64,000 nt of DNA from Nocardioidaceae bacterium (GCA_035706365.1 DASSVD010000236.1:1526-65525), one strand, 5' to 3'; positions 52,385 through 61,985 are shown, counted from the stretch's first letter. Notes: generated from the sequence alone by a model not told the origin. Translations and numbers: made by a program.

Positions 52385-52774
52385 ATGACGGAGCGCAACG
52401 TGCTCGGCGGCGCGCTCGAGCCGTGCGGCACCGACCCGATGACCGGCTTCTACCGCGACGGCAGCTGCCGCTGCGGCGAGGAGGACGTCGGCCTGCACGC
52501 GGTGTGCGCGGTGATGACCGCGGAGTTCCTCGAGCAGCAGCGTGGCGTCGGCAACGACCTGGTCACGCCGATGCCGCAGTGGCACTTCCCCGGCCTGCAT
52601 CCCGGTGACCGGTGGTGCGTGGTGGCCGCCCGCTGGGTGCAGGCCTTCCAGGACGGGGTGGCCGCTCCGGTGGTGCTCGCGAGCACGCACGAGCGGGCGC
52701 TGGAGGTGATTCCGCTGCGGGTGCTGCAGGCCCACGCCGTCGACGTACCCGACGACCTGAGGTCCCTGGACTAA
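52385..52774 (+). CDS. DUF2237 family protein
   Basis: NVLGGALEPC...TGFYRDGSC, GNDLVTP and GDRWCV motifs. Confidence 0.88.
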   Translation: MTERNVLGGALEPCGTDPMTGFYRDGSCRCGEEDVGLHAVCAVMTAEFLEQQRGVGNDLVTPMPQWHFPGLHPGDRWCVVAARWVQAFQDGVAAPVVLASTHERALEVIPLRVLQAHAVDVPDDLRSLD

Positions 52775-52778
52775 CCGC

Positions 52779-53507
52779 TCAGGGCTGGCGCGGCGGCGTC
52801 CCGAACGGGCTGGTGGACTGCAGGCTCAGCAGTCGCGAGAGCAACCACACCATCCCGGCCTGCCAGCCGATCGCGACGATCAGCACCAGCGGCCACCAGC
52901 GGGTCATCGCCTCCGAGACGGCCTCGCGCGGGATCGCGGCCAGGCCGTACGTGGGCAGCAGCACCGTGCACCACAGCGCCACCGCGGCGGCCCGGTAGCC
53001 GCGGCTGCGGTCGCGCGGCGGGTCGATCCCGAGGCCGCGCACGTCGTCGGGCGGGTGGTCCTTGAGCATCCGGCGGGTGCTGTCGTAGACCACGGTGTCG
53101 GGGTACGTCGCCTCCAGCATCGCCCGCGCCCGCTGCGCCGACCCCGGGCTCAGCCGGACCCGCAGCGGCAGCGCGACCGCGTCGATGTGCGCCTGGGAGG
53201 CACGGAAGCCCCTGTCGCCGAGGATGCACCGCCCGCGCACCGAGACCACCGCGCTGGCCGGCCCGAGGGCGACAGTGGCGCTGCCGGGCAGGTACCAGCC
53301 GTAGAGTCCACAGCGGCACTCCGCCGCGGGCGCCGGGTGATCGCCCCCGCGGGCGCACACCGCGTGCTCGACGTCGCTGCTCCAGCGTCCGTTCTCACTG
53401 TGCACCAGCGGGTACAGCCCGTCGGGGCGGAGGTCGAACTGACGGAATCCGCGCAACTCCCCTGGCACCAGGTCCGGACCGGGCAGCCGGCGCCGAGGCG
53501 ACGTCAC
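52779..53507 (-). CDS. Hypothetical protein with C-x5-H-x-AP-x3-CxCG motif and two C-terminal TM helices
   Basis: ELRGFRQF...CARGGDHPAPAAECRCGLYG...VRGRCILGDRGFRA. GTG 53507 overlaps the small-ORF TGA. Confidence 0.7.
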   Translation of the reverse strand: MTSPRRRLPGPDLVPGELRGFRQFDLRPDGLYPLVHSENGRWSSDVEHAVCARGGDHPAPAAECRCGLYGWYLPGSATVALGPASAVVSVRGRCILGDRGFRASQAHIDAVALPLRVRLSPGSAQRARAMLEATYPDTVVYDSTRRMLKDHPPDDVRGLGIDPPRDRSRGYRAAAVALWCTVLLPTYGLAAIPREAVSEAMTRWWPLVLIVAIGWQAGMVWLLSRLLSLQSTSPFGTPPRQP

Positions 53508-53626
53508 GACGGCGCGGGTGCCGGCTCCGGCTGCTCCTGCTCGGTCCGGCGGTCAGGCTCCCGGGGTGGAATGTCCGGAAGCGGCTCGAACTCGACCTCG
53601 CGGCGCTCTGTCCCGATGTTTCCCAT
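53504..53626 (-). CDS. 40-aa acidic/Pro-rich small protein (not in the ORF track)
   Basis: MGNIGTERREVEFEPLPDIPPREPDRRTEQEQPEPAPAPS*. AGGAG upstream; GTGA coupling to the next gene. Confidence 0.65.
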   Translation of the reverse strand: MGNIGTERREVEFEPLPDIPPREPDRRTEQEQPEPAPAPS

Positions 53627-53763
53627 GTGCACCACCCCGCTCCTGCGCGGTACCGACGGCACCTCACCCTCATGGTCCGATGCCGGGGCGGCGTTGTCGA
53701 GACCCTGCCGGCGCGCCGTGTGAGCGCAGCGATCCGTCGGTGCGATCTGGCAAGCTGCCGGCT

Positions 53764-56700
53764 GTGGAACGGGGACTGTACGAGGCGCTGCTCACCGCCG
53801 GGCTGGAGGATCGCCTCGCGGTCCACGACGCGCTGCAGGCGCACGTCGACGCCGTCGACCTCGCCGACCAGCCGCACGTGCTGGCCCGCCATGTCCACGG
53901 TGCCCTCGAGCGCACCTTGGCGGGCACGAGGGATCCGGCGGCGCGGATCAGGATCGTCAACGAACTGCTGCACCACCTCGACGAGGTCGCGGAGTCGGTG
54001 TCGTCCCCGCCCCGGCAGCTGCTTCAGCTCGTCGACGGCGCGGCGTTCCCGGACGGCACGCCGGCCTCGGCCCGCCCGAGCACCCCGCTCAGCGACGCGG
54101 CGCTACTGACCAACGCGCACGGCGAGCCGAGCCTGGGTGCGGAGCTCCGCGCGGAGCTGGCCTCCGCCGACACCGTGGACCTGCTCTGCGCGTTCGTGAA
54201 GTGGCACGGCCTGCGCCTGCTCGAGGAGCAGCTGGGGCGGTTGCGCCAGCGCGGCGTCCCGCTGCGGGTCGTCACCACCACCTACCTGGGCGCCACCGAG
54301 CGGGCGGCGCTCGACCGGCTGGTGCGTGAGTTCGGTGCCGAGGTGAGGATCCAGTACGACGCCCAGCGCACCCGGCTGCACGCCAAAGCCTGGCTGTTCC
54401 GCCGCCGCACCGGCTTCGACACCGCCTACGTCGGCTCCTCCAACCTGTCCCGGGCGGCACTCCTCGACGGCGTGGAGTGGAACGTACGGCTCTCGCGCGT
54501 GGGCACCCCCGGCCTGCTCGAGAAGTTCCGGGCGACCTTCGACACCTACTGGAACGACCGGTCCTTCGAGCGCTACCACCCCGACGCCGACCGCGACCGG
54601 CTCGACGACGCGCTCGCCGAGTCCTCGGGCCGGTCGTCCTCCGGCCGGGTCACGATCTCGCTGTCCGGCCTGGAGGTGCGGCCCTACGCCTACCAGCAGG
54701 AGATGCTGGAGAAGCTCGACGCGGAGCGGTCGGTCCACGGCCGGCACCGCAACCTGATCGTGGCGGCGACCGGCACCGGCAAGACGGTGATCGCCGCACT
54801 CGACTACCGCCGCCTGTGCAACGAGGTGACCGGCGAGCTCCCGTCGCTGCTGTTCGTGGCGCACCGGCGGGAGATCCTCGAGCAGTCCGTGCGCACCTAC
54901 CGTGAGGTGCTCGCGGATGCCTCCTTCGGCGAACTGTACGTCGGCGGAGCGCGTCCGGAGCGATGGCGCCACGTCTTCGCCAGCGTCCAGTCGCTGACCG
55001 CCTACGGCGTCTCGAACATCCCCGCCGACGCGTTCGACGTGGTGGTGGTCGACGAGTTCCACCACGCCGAGGCGCGGACCTACCGCCGCATCGTGGAGCA
55101 CCTCGCTCCCCGGGAGCTGCTCGGCCTGACCGCAACGCCGGAGCGCGCAGACGGAAGCGACGTACGCGCCTTCTTCGACGGGCGCACCGCCGCCGAACTG
55201 CGCTTGTGGGACGCCTTGGGCGCGGATCTGCTGTGTCCCTTCCACTACTTCGCGCTGGCCGACGGGACCGACCTGCGCAACGTGACCTGGCGACGTGGCC
55301 GCTACGACGAGGACGAGCTGTCCACGGTCTACACCGGCAACCACGCGCGTGCCGCGATCGTGCTCAAGCAGCTGCGCGACAAGGTCGCCGACCCCGGCGC
55401 CATGCGCGCCCTGGGATTCTGCGTCAGTGTCGCGCATGCCGAGTTCATGGCCGAGTGCTTCAACCGCGCGGGAGTGCCGGCGCGCGCGGTGAGCGGTCAG
55501 ACGGGTGCAGCGGACCGAGCGCAAGCCCTCGCCGACCTGCGCGAGCGCCGCGTGAACGTGCTCTTCGCGGCGGACCTGTTCAACGAGGGCCTCGACCTCC
55601 CCGACGTGGACACCGTGCTGTTCCTGCGCCCCACAGAGAGCGCAACCGTGTTCTTGCAGCAACTGGGTCGCGGCCTGCGACGCACGCCCACCAAGCCGGT
55701 GCTCACCGTGCTCGACTTCGTGGGCCACCACCGCACGGAGTTCCGATTCGACACGAAGCTGCGCGCGCTGACCGGGCAGACGCGGCGCGGGCTGACTCGC
55801 GACCTCGAGCGCGGCTTCCCGTTCCTGCCCGCCGGGTGCCAGATCGTGATGGACCGCCAGGCGCAGGCGCTGGTGCTGGAGAACCTCAAGGCGCAAGTGG
55901 CCAACCGGTGGAAGCAGATGGTCGCCGAGCTGCGAGCGTACGGCGACCACGACCTGGCGGGCTTCCTCGCCGAGTCCGGCCTGGAGCTGCCCGACGTGCT
56001 ACGCCGCGGCACCCGGTCCTGGACGCACCTGCGCCGCGACGCGGGCCTGTCGACACCCAGCGGTGCGGCGCTGGAGGAGCGGTTGCTCAGGCGGGTCCGC
56101 GCCTTCACCCACGTGGACGACCGGTCGCGAGCCGAGACATATCGACGCCTGCTCGCCGACGACGCTCCCGACTACGGCGACCTCGAGTCCCCGGAGCAGC
56201 GGATGGCACGGATGCTCTTCTTCTCGCTCTGGCCCGACGGCGGCGGCCACCGCTCGTACGCCGATGGGCTGGCCGCGCTGCGGTCGGAGCGGGCCACCCG
56301 GGCTGAGCTCGCCTCGGTCGTCGACATCTCCTTCGACTGCGCGCGTCATCACCCGGTCGAGCTGGGCGGCCCGCTTGCACACCTCCCGCTGCGGGTGCAC
56401 GCGCGCTACCAGCGCGAGGAGGTGCTGGCGGCGCTGGACTACGCCAGCCTCGAGCGGCGCCCCAACTCCTTTCGCGAGGGCGTGCTCCACGTGCCGGATC
56501 TGAACGTGGACGCGTTCTTCGTGACGCTGGCAAAGTCCGAGGCGGACTACTCGCCGACCACGCTGTACCGCGACTATCCGATCAGCCCGACGCTGTTCCA
56601 CTGGGAGTCCCAGTCGACCACGTCGGTCGGCTCCGCGACCGGGCAGCGCTACCTCACCGGCTCGAGCCAGGTGCTGTTGTTCGTGCGGGAGCAGAAGCAG

Positions 56701-56847
56701 GACGACTACGGAACCGCTCCGTACCTGTTCCTCGGCCAGGCGCATTACGTCGAGCACTCGGGCGACCGGCCGATCGCCCTCACCTGGCGCCTGGAGCACC
56801 CCATGCCGACCGAGTTCTTCACCGCCGCCAGCGTGGCGGCCAGCTGA
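53764..56847 (+). CDS. PLD nuclease-SF2 helicase-DUF3427 protein (SauUSI-like type IV restriction enzyme)
   Basis: RLHAK...YVGSSNLS, ATGTGKT, DEFHH, LTATPER, QQLGRGLR and C-terminal LFHWESQS motifs. CAAGCT -10 box 7 nt before GTG 53764. Confidence 0.85.
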   Translation: MERGLYEALLTAGLEDRLAVHDALQAHVDAVDLADQPHVLARHVHGALERTLAGTRDPAARIRIVNELLHHLDEVAESVSSPPRQLLQLVDGAAFPDGTPASARPSTPLSDAALLTNAHGEPSLGAELRAELASADTVDLLCAFVKWHGLRLLEEQLGRLRQRGVPLRVVTTTYLGATERAALDRLVREFGAEVRIQYDAQRTRLHAKAWLFRRRTGFDTAYVGSSNLSRAALLDGVEWNVRLSRVGTPGLLEKFRATFDTYWNDRSFERYHPDADRDRLDDALAESSGRSSSGRVTISLSGLEVRPYAYQQEMLEKLDAERSVHGRHRNLIVAATGTGKTVIAALDYRRLCNEVTGELPSLLFVAHRREILEQSVRTYREVLADASFGELYVGGARPERWRHVFASVQSLTAYGVSNIPADAFDVVVVDEFHHAEARTYRRIVEHLAPRELLGLTATPERADGSDVRAFFDGRTAAELRLWDALGADLLCPFHYFALADGTDLRNVTWRRGRYDEDELSTVYTGNHARAAIVLKQLRDKVADPGAMRALGFCVSVAHAEFMAECFNRAGVPARAVSGQTGAADRAQALADLRERRVNVLFAADLFNEGLDLPDVDTVLFLRPTESATVFLQQLGRGLRRTPTKPVLTVLDFVGHHRTEFRFDTKLRALTGQTRRGLTRDLERGFPFLPAGCQIVMDRQAQALVLENLKAQVANRWKQMVAELRAYGDHDLAGFLAESGLELPDVLRRGTRSWTHLRRDAGLSTPSGAALEERLLRRVRAFTHVDDRSRAETYRRLLADDAPDYGDLESPEQRMARMLFFSLWPDGGGHRSYADGLAALRSERATRAELASVVDISFDCARHHPVELGGPLAHLPLRVHARYQREEVLAALDYASLERRPNSFREGVLHVPDLNVDAFFVTLAKSEADYSPTTLYRDYPISPTLFHWESQSTTSVGSATGQRYLTGSSQVLLFVREQKQDDYGTAPYLFLGQAHYVEHSGDRPIALTWRLEHPMPTEFFTAASVAAS

Positions 56848-56898
56848 CCGGCTGCGGCCCCGACCGCCCAGACGATCCGCGATTGAGAGGATGCCCCC

Positions 56899-57249
56899 AT
56901 GGCGACACTGAGCGCGCGTAACGGGACCCTTGCAGTCCGCTTCACCCGAGTCGAGAAGGTCTTCGGGCTGCTCCGCGATCACGACTACCCGCTCAGCGCC
57001 GTCCTCTCTGTCGCAACCGAGCCGGACGGGCTCGGAGCGGTGCGCGGCATCCGAGCGCCCGGGCTCGGACTGCCGGGCGTCGCGAGGATCGGCACCTTCT
57101 ACAGCTCGGACGGCAAGACGCTGGCCTCGGTGACCCGTGACCGCGGCGCGGTGATCGTGCGCCTCGTCGGCGAGAAGTTCGACCGGCTGGTGATCGGAGC
57201 CGACGATCCGCGTGGCTGCGCTCGGGAACTGAACGCCGCCCGCCGCTGA
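56899..57249 (+). CDS. Hypothetical protein
   Basis: 116-aa ORF with plausible globular composition (RAPGLGLPGVARIGT...RLVIG). Confidence 0.6.
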   Translation: MATLSARNGTLAVRFTRVEKVFGLLRDHDYPLSAVLSVATEPDGLGAVRGIRAPGLGLPGVARIGTFYSSDGKTLASVTRDRGAVIVRLVGEKFDRLVIGADDPRGCARELNAARR

Positions 57250-57271
57250 ACCGCCTCGTTCGCCGCCCGCC

Positions 57272-58036
57272 TCAGTCGGTTCGATCGGTTCGATTCCGGG
57301 TCAGATCCGCGAGGCGGCCCGCGTCTCGCCGGTAGAGCGCCGCATGCTCGTGCAGCTCCGCGCCGCGCTCGTCCGCTGCGGCGTCGCTGTAGTCGGCCAG
57401 CTCGAGCAAGCGCCGCTCGAGCACCTCGAGCAGAGCTTCGGACGTGGCCGTGGAACCGTAGGCCTCCAGCAAGGCATGCAGCCGATCGCTACGCGCGTCG
57501 GCGTCGAGCCCGTCGCCCCAGTCTGCCGTGCTCAACGGCACGATGCGGTAGGCGAGGTAGGCCAGGTCCCACAGCCTCGGACCGGGTGAGGCGAAGTCCC
57601 AGTCGATCGCACCGACGACACGGCCCGCGTCGAAGACCAGGTTGTACGGCGCGAAGTCGTTGTGGCAGATGACCTCCTCCGGCTGGTGGACCGGTGATCG
57701 CCACGGTCCGGCCTGGTGCACGCCCACGGTTGCGTCGTGTAACCGCCGAAGGTAGACCGCCGCCGACACCAGGGCGGCCCGCGACCACACCCAGCACGGC
57801 ATCGGGTAGGCAGGCACCGTGCCGGGCACGAAGCTCACAACTTCGCTATCCGGGTGATCCACCCTCAGGGGCCGCGGAACTCCGTCGAGCCCGGCCACGT
57901 CGGCGAGTTGCCGCAACAGCCGGTGCACCGCCGGTGTCCAGGGTCCGGCTGGTCGGATGACCTCGTCCCCGCGACGCTGAACCGTGCTCGCGTACATCTT
58001 GCTACCCGGCTGCGACTCCACGTCTCTCCTCAGCAC
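57272..58036 (-). CDS. Aminoglycoside phosphotransferase / choline kinase-like protein
   Basis: ICHNDFAPYNLVF and IDWD motifs. Start uncertain. Confidence 0.85.
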   Translation of the reverse strand: MLRRDVESQPGSKMYASTVQRRGDEVIRPAGPWTPAVHRLLRQLADVAGLDGVPRPLRVDHPDSEVVSFVPGTVPAYPMPCWVWSRAALVSAAVYLRRLHDATVGVHQAGPWRSPVHQPEEVICHNDFAPYNLVFDAGRVVGAIDWDFASPGPRLWDLAYLAYRIVPLSTADWGDGLDADARSDRLHALLEAYGSTATSEALLEVLERRLLELADYSDAAADERGAELHEHAALYRRDAGRLADLTRNRTDRTD

Positions 58037-58054
58037 CGATTCACCAGTACATGC

Positions 58055-58090
58055 GCGAGGGGCCCGGTCGGTGACGACCGGGCCCCTCGC
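58055..58090. terminator. nrdJ terminator hairpin
   Basis: GCGAGGGGCCCGGTCG-GTGA-CGACCGGGCCCCTCGC, perfect 16-bp stem. Confidence 0.75.
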
Positions 58091-58105
58091 ATCACGCGCT
58101 GGCTC

Positions 58106-60979
58106 TCAGCTGCAGCCGCTGGTGCTGCCGCAGCCCTCGCAGACGAAGCAGCTGCCCGCCGGGCGCATCTTCGTGCCGCAGGTGAAGCACAGCGGGCTGT
58201 CGACCGCGGTGCCCGTGATCGCCTCCATCAGCTCCGCGGAGGTGTGGGCACCGGCCGGGGCCTGACGGGCGGTCTCGACAGGCTCGACCGTCCGGTTGCC
58301 CGCGGTCTCGACAGGCTCGACAGTCCGGGACTGCTCGACCGGCCGGGAGGTCTCGACGCTGCCCTGGTCCACCTCGGTCTCGTCGTCGCTGGGGAGGTAG
58401 GAGCCGGTCTCCAGCTGACGCTGCCGCTCCTCGGCCGTGTAGATGCCGATCGCCGAGCGGGTCTCGAAGGGCAGGTAGTCCAGCGCCAGGCGGCGGAAGA
58501 TGTAGTCCATGATCGACTGCGCCATCCGCACGTCCGGGTCGTCGGTGAGACCGGCAGGCTCGAAGCGCAGGTTGGTGAACTTCTGCACGTAGGTCTCCAG
58601 CGGCACGCCGTACTGCAGACCGATCGACACCGCGATGGAGAAGGCGTCCATCACGCCGGCCAGGGTCGAGCCCTGCTTGCCGAGCTTGAGGAACACCTCG
58701 CCCAGCCCGTCGTCGGGGTAGGACCCGGAGGTCATGTAGCCCTCGGCGCCACCGACGGTGAACGACGTGGTCCGCGAGGGACGCGACTTGGGCAGCCTCT
58801 TGCGGGTCGGGCGGTACTCGACCACCGTCTCCACCTTGGTCTCCCCGGCGGCGTTGTCTGCCTTCTTCGCCTTGGCGTCGGCCAGCGGCTGCCCGACCTT
58901 GGCGTTGTCGCGGTAGATCGCGGTCGCCTTCAGGCCGAGCTTCCACGACTGCAGGAAGATGTCCTCGACGTCCTCGACCGTCGCGGTCTCCGGAAGGTTG
59001 ACCGTCTTGGAGATCGCGCCGGACAGGAACGGCTGCGCCGCGGCCATCATCCGCACGTGGCCCATCGGCTTGAGCGCCCGGGCACCCATCGCGCAGTCGA
59101 AGACCTCGTAGTGCTCGGGCTTGAGACCCGGGGCGTCGATGACGTGGCCGTGCTCGGCGATGTACTCGACGATCGCTTCGATCGACTCGGTCTGGTAGCC
59201 GAGCCTGCGCAGCGCCCGCGGCACGGTCTGGTTGACGATCTGCATCGACCCGCCGCCGACCAGCTTCTTGAACTTGACCAGCGAGAAGTCCGGCTCGATG
59301 CCGGTCGTGTCGCAGTCCATCATGAAGCCGATGGTCCCGGTCGGCGCCAGCACGGAGGCCTGCGCGTTGCGGAAGCCGTTCTTCTCCCCCAGCTTGACCA
59401 CGTCGGCCCAGGCCTGGGTGGCGAGCTTGTGCACCCGCAGGTCCTCGGTGTGCAGCGTACGCACCGCGTCGTTGGCGGCCTGGTGCTTGCGCATCACGCG
59501 GTTGTGCGCCTCGGCGTTGCGGGCGTAGCCGGCGTACGGACCGACCACGGTCGCGAGCTCGGCCGAGCGCTTGTAGGACTGACCGGTCATCAGCGACGTG
59601 ATCGCCGCCGCCATCGCCCGGCCGCCGTCGGAGTCGTAGCCCAGGCCCATCGCCATCAGCAGCGCACCGAGGTTCGCGTAGCCGATGCCGAGCTGCCGGT
59701 AGTTGCGGGTGGTCTCGCCGATCGGGTCGGTCGGGAAGTCCGCGAAGCAGATCGAGATGTCCATCGCGGTGATGATCAGCTCGACGGCCTTGGCGAACAG
59801 GTCGGCGTCGAAGGTGTCGTCGTCGGTGAGGAACTTGAGCAGGTTCAGCGAGGCCAGGTTGCACGAGGAGTTGTCCAGCGACATGTACTCGCTGCACGGG
59901 TTGGACGCGGTGATCCGCCCGGTCTCGGGGTTGGTGTGCCAGTCGTTGATGGTGTCGTCGTACTGCAGACCCGGGTCTGCGCACTCCCACGCGGCCTGCG
60001 AGATCTTGCGCCACAGCTCGCGGGCGTCGACCTCCTCGATGACCTCGCCGGTGCCGCGGGCGCGCAGACCGAAGGTGGTGCCCTCCTCGACCGCGCGCAT
60101 GAACTCGTCGCTGACCCGCACCGAGTTGTTCGCGTTCTGGTACTGCACGGAGGTGATGTCGCGGCCGCCGAGGTCCATGTCGAAGCCGGCGTCGCGCAGC
60201 GCGCGGATCTTGTCCTCCTCGCGCGCCTTGGTCTCGACGAACTCCTCGATGTCGGGGTGGTCGACGTCGAGGACGACCATCTTGGCCGCGCGGCGGGTGG
60301 CACCGCCGGACTTGATGGTCCCGGCGGACGCGTCCGCGCCGCGCATGAACGAGACCGGCCCGGACGCCGTACCGCCGCTGGAGAGCAGCTCCTTCGACGA
60401 CCGGATCCGGGAGAGGTTCAGGCCGGCACCGGATCCGCCCTTGAAGATGAAGCCCTCCTCCTTGTACCAGTTCAGGATCGAGTCCATCGAGTCGTCGACG
60501 GAGAGGATGAAGCACGCGGAGACCTGCTGCGGGGACTTGGTGCCGACGTTGAACCAGACCGGGGAGTTGAACGAGAAGTACTGGTGCACCAGCAGCCAGG
60601 TGATCTCGTGCTCGAAGACCTCGGCGTCCGCGGCGGTCGCGAAGTAGCCGTGCTCCTCACCGGCCTTGCGGTAGGTCTTGACCACCCGGTCGATGAGCTG
60701 CTTGAGGCTCCACTCGCGGGCGTCGGTGCCGACCGCGCCGCGGAAGTACTTCGTGGTCACGATGGTCGAGGCGTTCAGCGACCACGACTCGGGGAACTCC
60801 ACGCCCTTCTGCTCGAAGACCGTCTCGCCGGTCTTCCAGTTCTGCTGGAGGACGTCGCGGCGCTCCCAGGTGACCTCGTCGTAGGGATGCACACCCTCGG
60901 TGCTGAAGACCCGGTTGATCTTGAGGCCCTTGCCCTTGGCCTTGCGTCCGGTTGCCGGGCCGCTGACCGTCTCCGTCAT
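58106..60979 (-). CDS. nrdJ: Vitamin B12-dependent (class II) ribonucleotide reductase
   Basis: FNSPVWFN, QVSACFI, SNPCSEY, SSCNLASLN and LAPTGTI motifs; C-terminal CxxC...CxxC. GAGGAG RBS. Confidence 0.95.
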   Translation of the reverse strand: MTETVSGPATGRKAKGKGLKINRVFSTEGVHPYDEVTWERRDVLQQNWKTGETVFEQKGVEFPESWSLNASTIVTTKYFRGAVGTDAREWSLKQLIDRVVKTYRKAGEEHGYFATAADAEVFEHEITWLLVHQYFSFNSPVWFNVGTKSPQQVSACFILSVDDSMDSILNWYKEEGFIFKGGSGAGLNLSRIRSSKELLSSGGTASGPVSFMRGADASAGTIKSGGATRRAAKMVVLDVDHPDIEEFVETKAREEDKIRALRDAGFDMDLGGRDITSVQYQNANNSVRVSDEFMRAVEEGTTFGLRARGTGEVIEEVDARELWRKISQAAWECADPGLQYDDTINDWHTNPETGRITASNPCSEYMSLDNSSCNLASLNLLKFLTDDDTFDADLFAKAVELIITAMDISICFADFPTDPIGETTRNYRQLGIGYANLGALLMAMGLGYDSDGGRAMAAAITSLMTGQSYKRSAELATVVGPYAGYARNAEAHNRVMRKHQAANDAVRTLHTEDLRVHKLATQAWADVVKLGEKNGFRNAQASVLAPTGTIGFMMDCDTTGIEPDFSLVKFKKLVGGGSMQIVNQTVPRALRRLGYQTESIEAIVEYIAEHGHVIDAPGLKPEHYEVFDCAMGARALKPMGHVRMMAAAQPFLSGAISKTVNLPETATVEDVEDIFLQSWKLGLKATAIYRDNAKVGQPLADAKAKKADNAAGETKVETVVEYRPTRKRLPKSRPSRTTSFTVGGAEGYMTSGSYPDDGLGEVFLKLGKQGSTLAGVMDAFSIAVSIGLQYGVPLETYVQKFTNLRFEPAGLTDDPDVRMAQSIMDYIFRRLALDYLPFETRSAIGIYTAEERQRQLETGSYLPSDDETEVDQGSVETSRPVEQSRTVEPVETAGNRTVEPVETARQAPAGAHTSAELMEAITGTAVDSPLCFTCGTKMRPAGSCFVCEGCGSTSGCS
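58271..58358 (+). repeat. REP-like family B copies in-frame inside nrdJ
   Basis: GGTCTCGACAGGCTCGAC at 58271 and 58304 (33-bp period), degenerate copy near 58349. Encodes RTVEPVETA twice. Confidence 0.85.
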
Positions 60980-61132
60980 CTGCTCCTCTTTCCCCTGGGT
61001 CGGCGTGCTGCTGGTCGTCTGCTGGTGTGGAACTCGGATGCTGCTGGAATCTGGTCTCAGTGGTCTGAGTGGTCTGAGTGGGTGGTGTGCCCGACGCGCC
61101 GCTTCCCCACGACGCGCCGGGCAGTCTGTGGG

Positions 61133-61603
61133 TCAGGCCCCGACCGGGGCCACGGGCGCTCGCTCGGCGCGCAGCAGGGCGATCTCGGACTCGAAGTCGT
61201 CGGCGGACTCGAACGCCCGGTAGACGCTGGCGAAGCGCAGGTACGCCACCTCGTCGAGCTGTCGCAGCGGGCCGAGGATCGCCAGGCCCACCTCGTTGGC
61301 CGGCACCTCCGCCCAGCCGCTGGCGCGCAGCGCGTCCTCGACCGTCTGGCCGAGGCAGGCCAGATCGTCCTCGGAGACCGGCCGGCCCTTGCACGCCTTG
61401 CGCACCCCGGCGATCGCCTTCTCCCGGGCGAACGGCTCGGTCGCGCCGGAGCGCTTGAGCACGGTGAGCTGCATCTGCTCGACGGTGCTGAACCGCTTCT
61501 CGCAGGCCGGGCAGGTGCGCCGGCGCCGGATGGCGCCGCCGTCGTCGGCGACACGGCTGTCGAGCACCCGGGTGTCGGTGTTGCGACAGTAGGGGCAGTG
61601 CAT
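61133..61603 (-). CDS. nrdR: Transcriptional repressor NrdR
   Basis: MHCPYC...[13 protein letters not shown] (Zn ribbon) and [10 protein letters not shown] (ATP cone). Confidence 0.96.
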   Translation of the reverse strand: MHCPYCRNTDTRVLDSRVADDGGAIRRRRTCPACEKRFSTVEQMQLTVLKRSGATEPFAREKAIAGVRKACKGRPVSEDDLACLGQTVEDALRASGWAEVPANEVGLAILGPLRQLDEVAYLRFASVYRAFESADDFESEIALLRAERAPVAPVGA

Positions 61604-61736
61604 CCGTCTCGCCTCCTCTCCGGGTGGGTCATGCCTATGAGTGGAACACCCAGCACCGACAGTTTCTGCCCGTCTTCGCGGGTCGGGATCCTGTGGACGA
61701 GCTGGGGACAACCGGTGGTTTCATGTGGGTAAGTGA

Positions 61737-61783
61737 CCACTACCTGTGGAAACTTACATCCGTGTAACTACTAGATGTTGTGG
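61737..61783. promoter_or_regulatory. Tandem NrdR boxes
   Basis: CTACTAGATGTTGTGG (61768-61783) and a weaker CCACTACCTGTGG.. box 31 bp upstream, the canonical spacing. Confidence 0.7.
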
Positions 61784-61985
61784 TAACCCTAGGACCCGCG
61801 CACCAGGGGCGCAAGCCGATCGGGAAAAGTCGGCTCGAAAGATTCGGGCGGCTCGGAAAACCGCAGGTCAGCGGCCGGTCCGCGACCCAGCAGCCCCAGG
61901 AGTACCGGCGTGTCGGCGCTGGCGTGTCGGGGCCGGCGCGGGGCCCCGAGGTGTCCCGGCCGGGCCCCGCGGGAACACTGGGCAC

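Noticed and set aside
53690-53703. TGTCGAGACC as another family-B copy
   Set aside because: Only about 10 bp match, which is plausible by chance in GC-rich DNA.
58106-60979. Intein in nrdJ
   Set aside because: No C/S...HN splice motifs or homing-endonuclease domain; the only insert is the short VEPVET repeat.
60980-61132. Cobalamin riboswitch or ncRNA between nrdR and nrdJ
   Set aside because: No B12-box seen; only a 9-bp TGGTCT(C/G)AG x3 microrepeat at 61052-61078.
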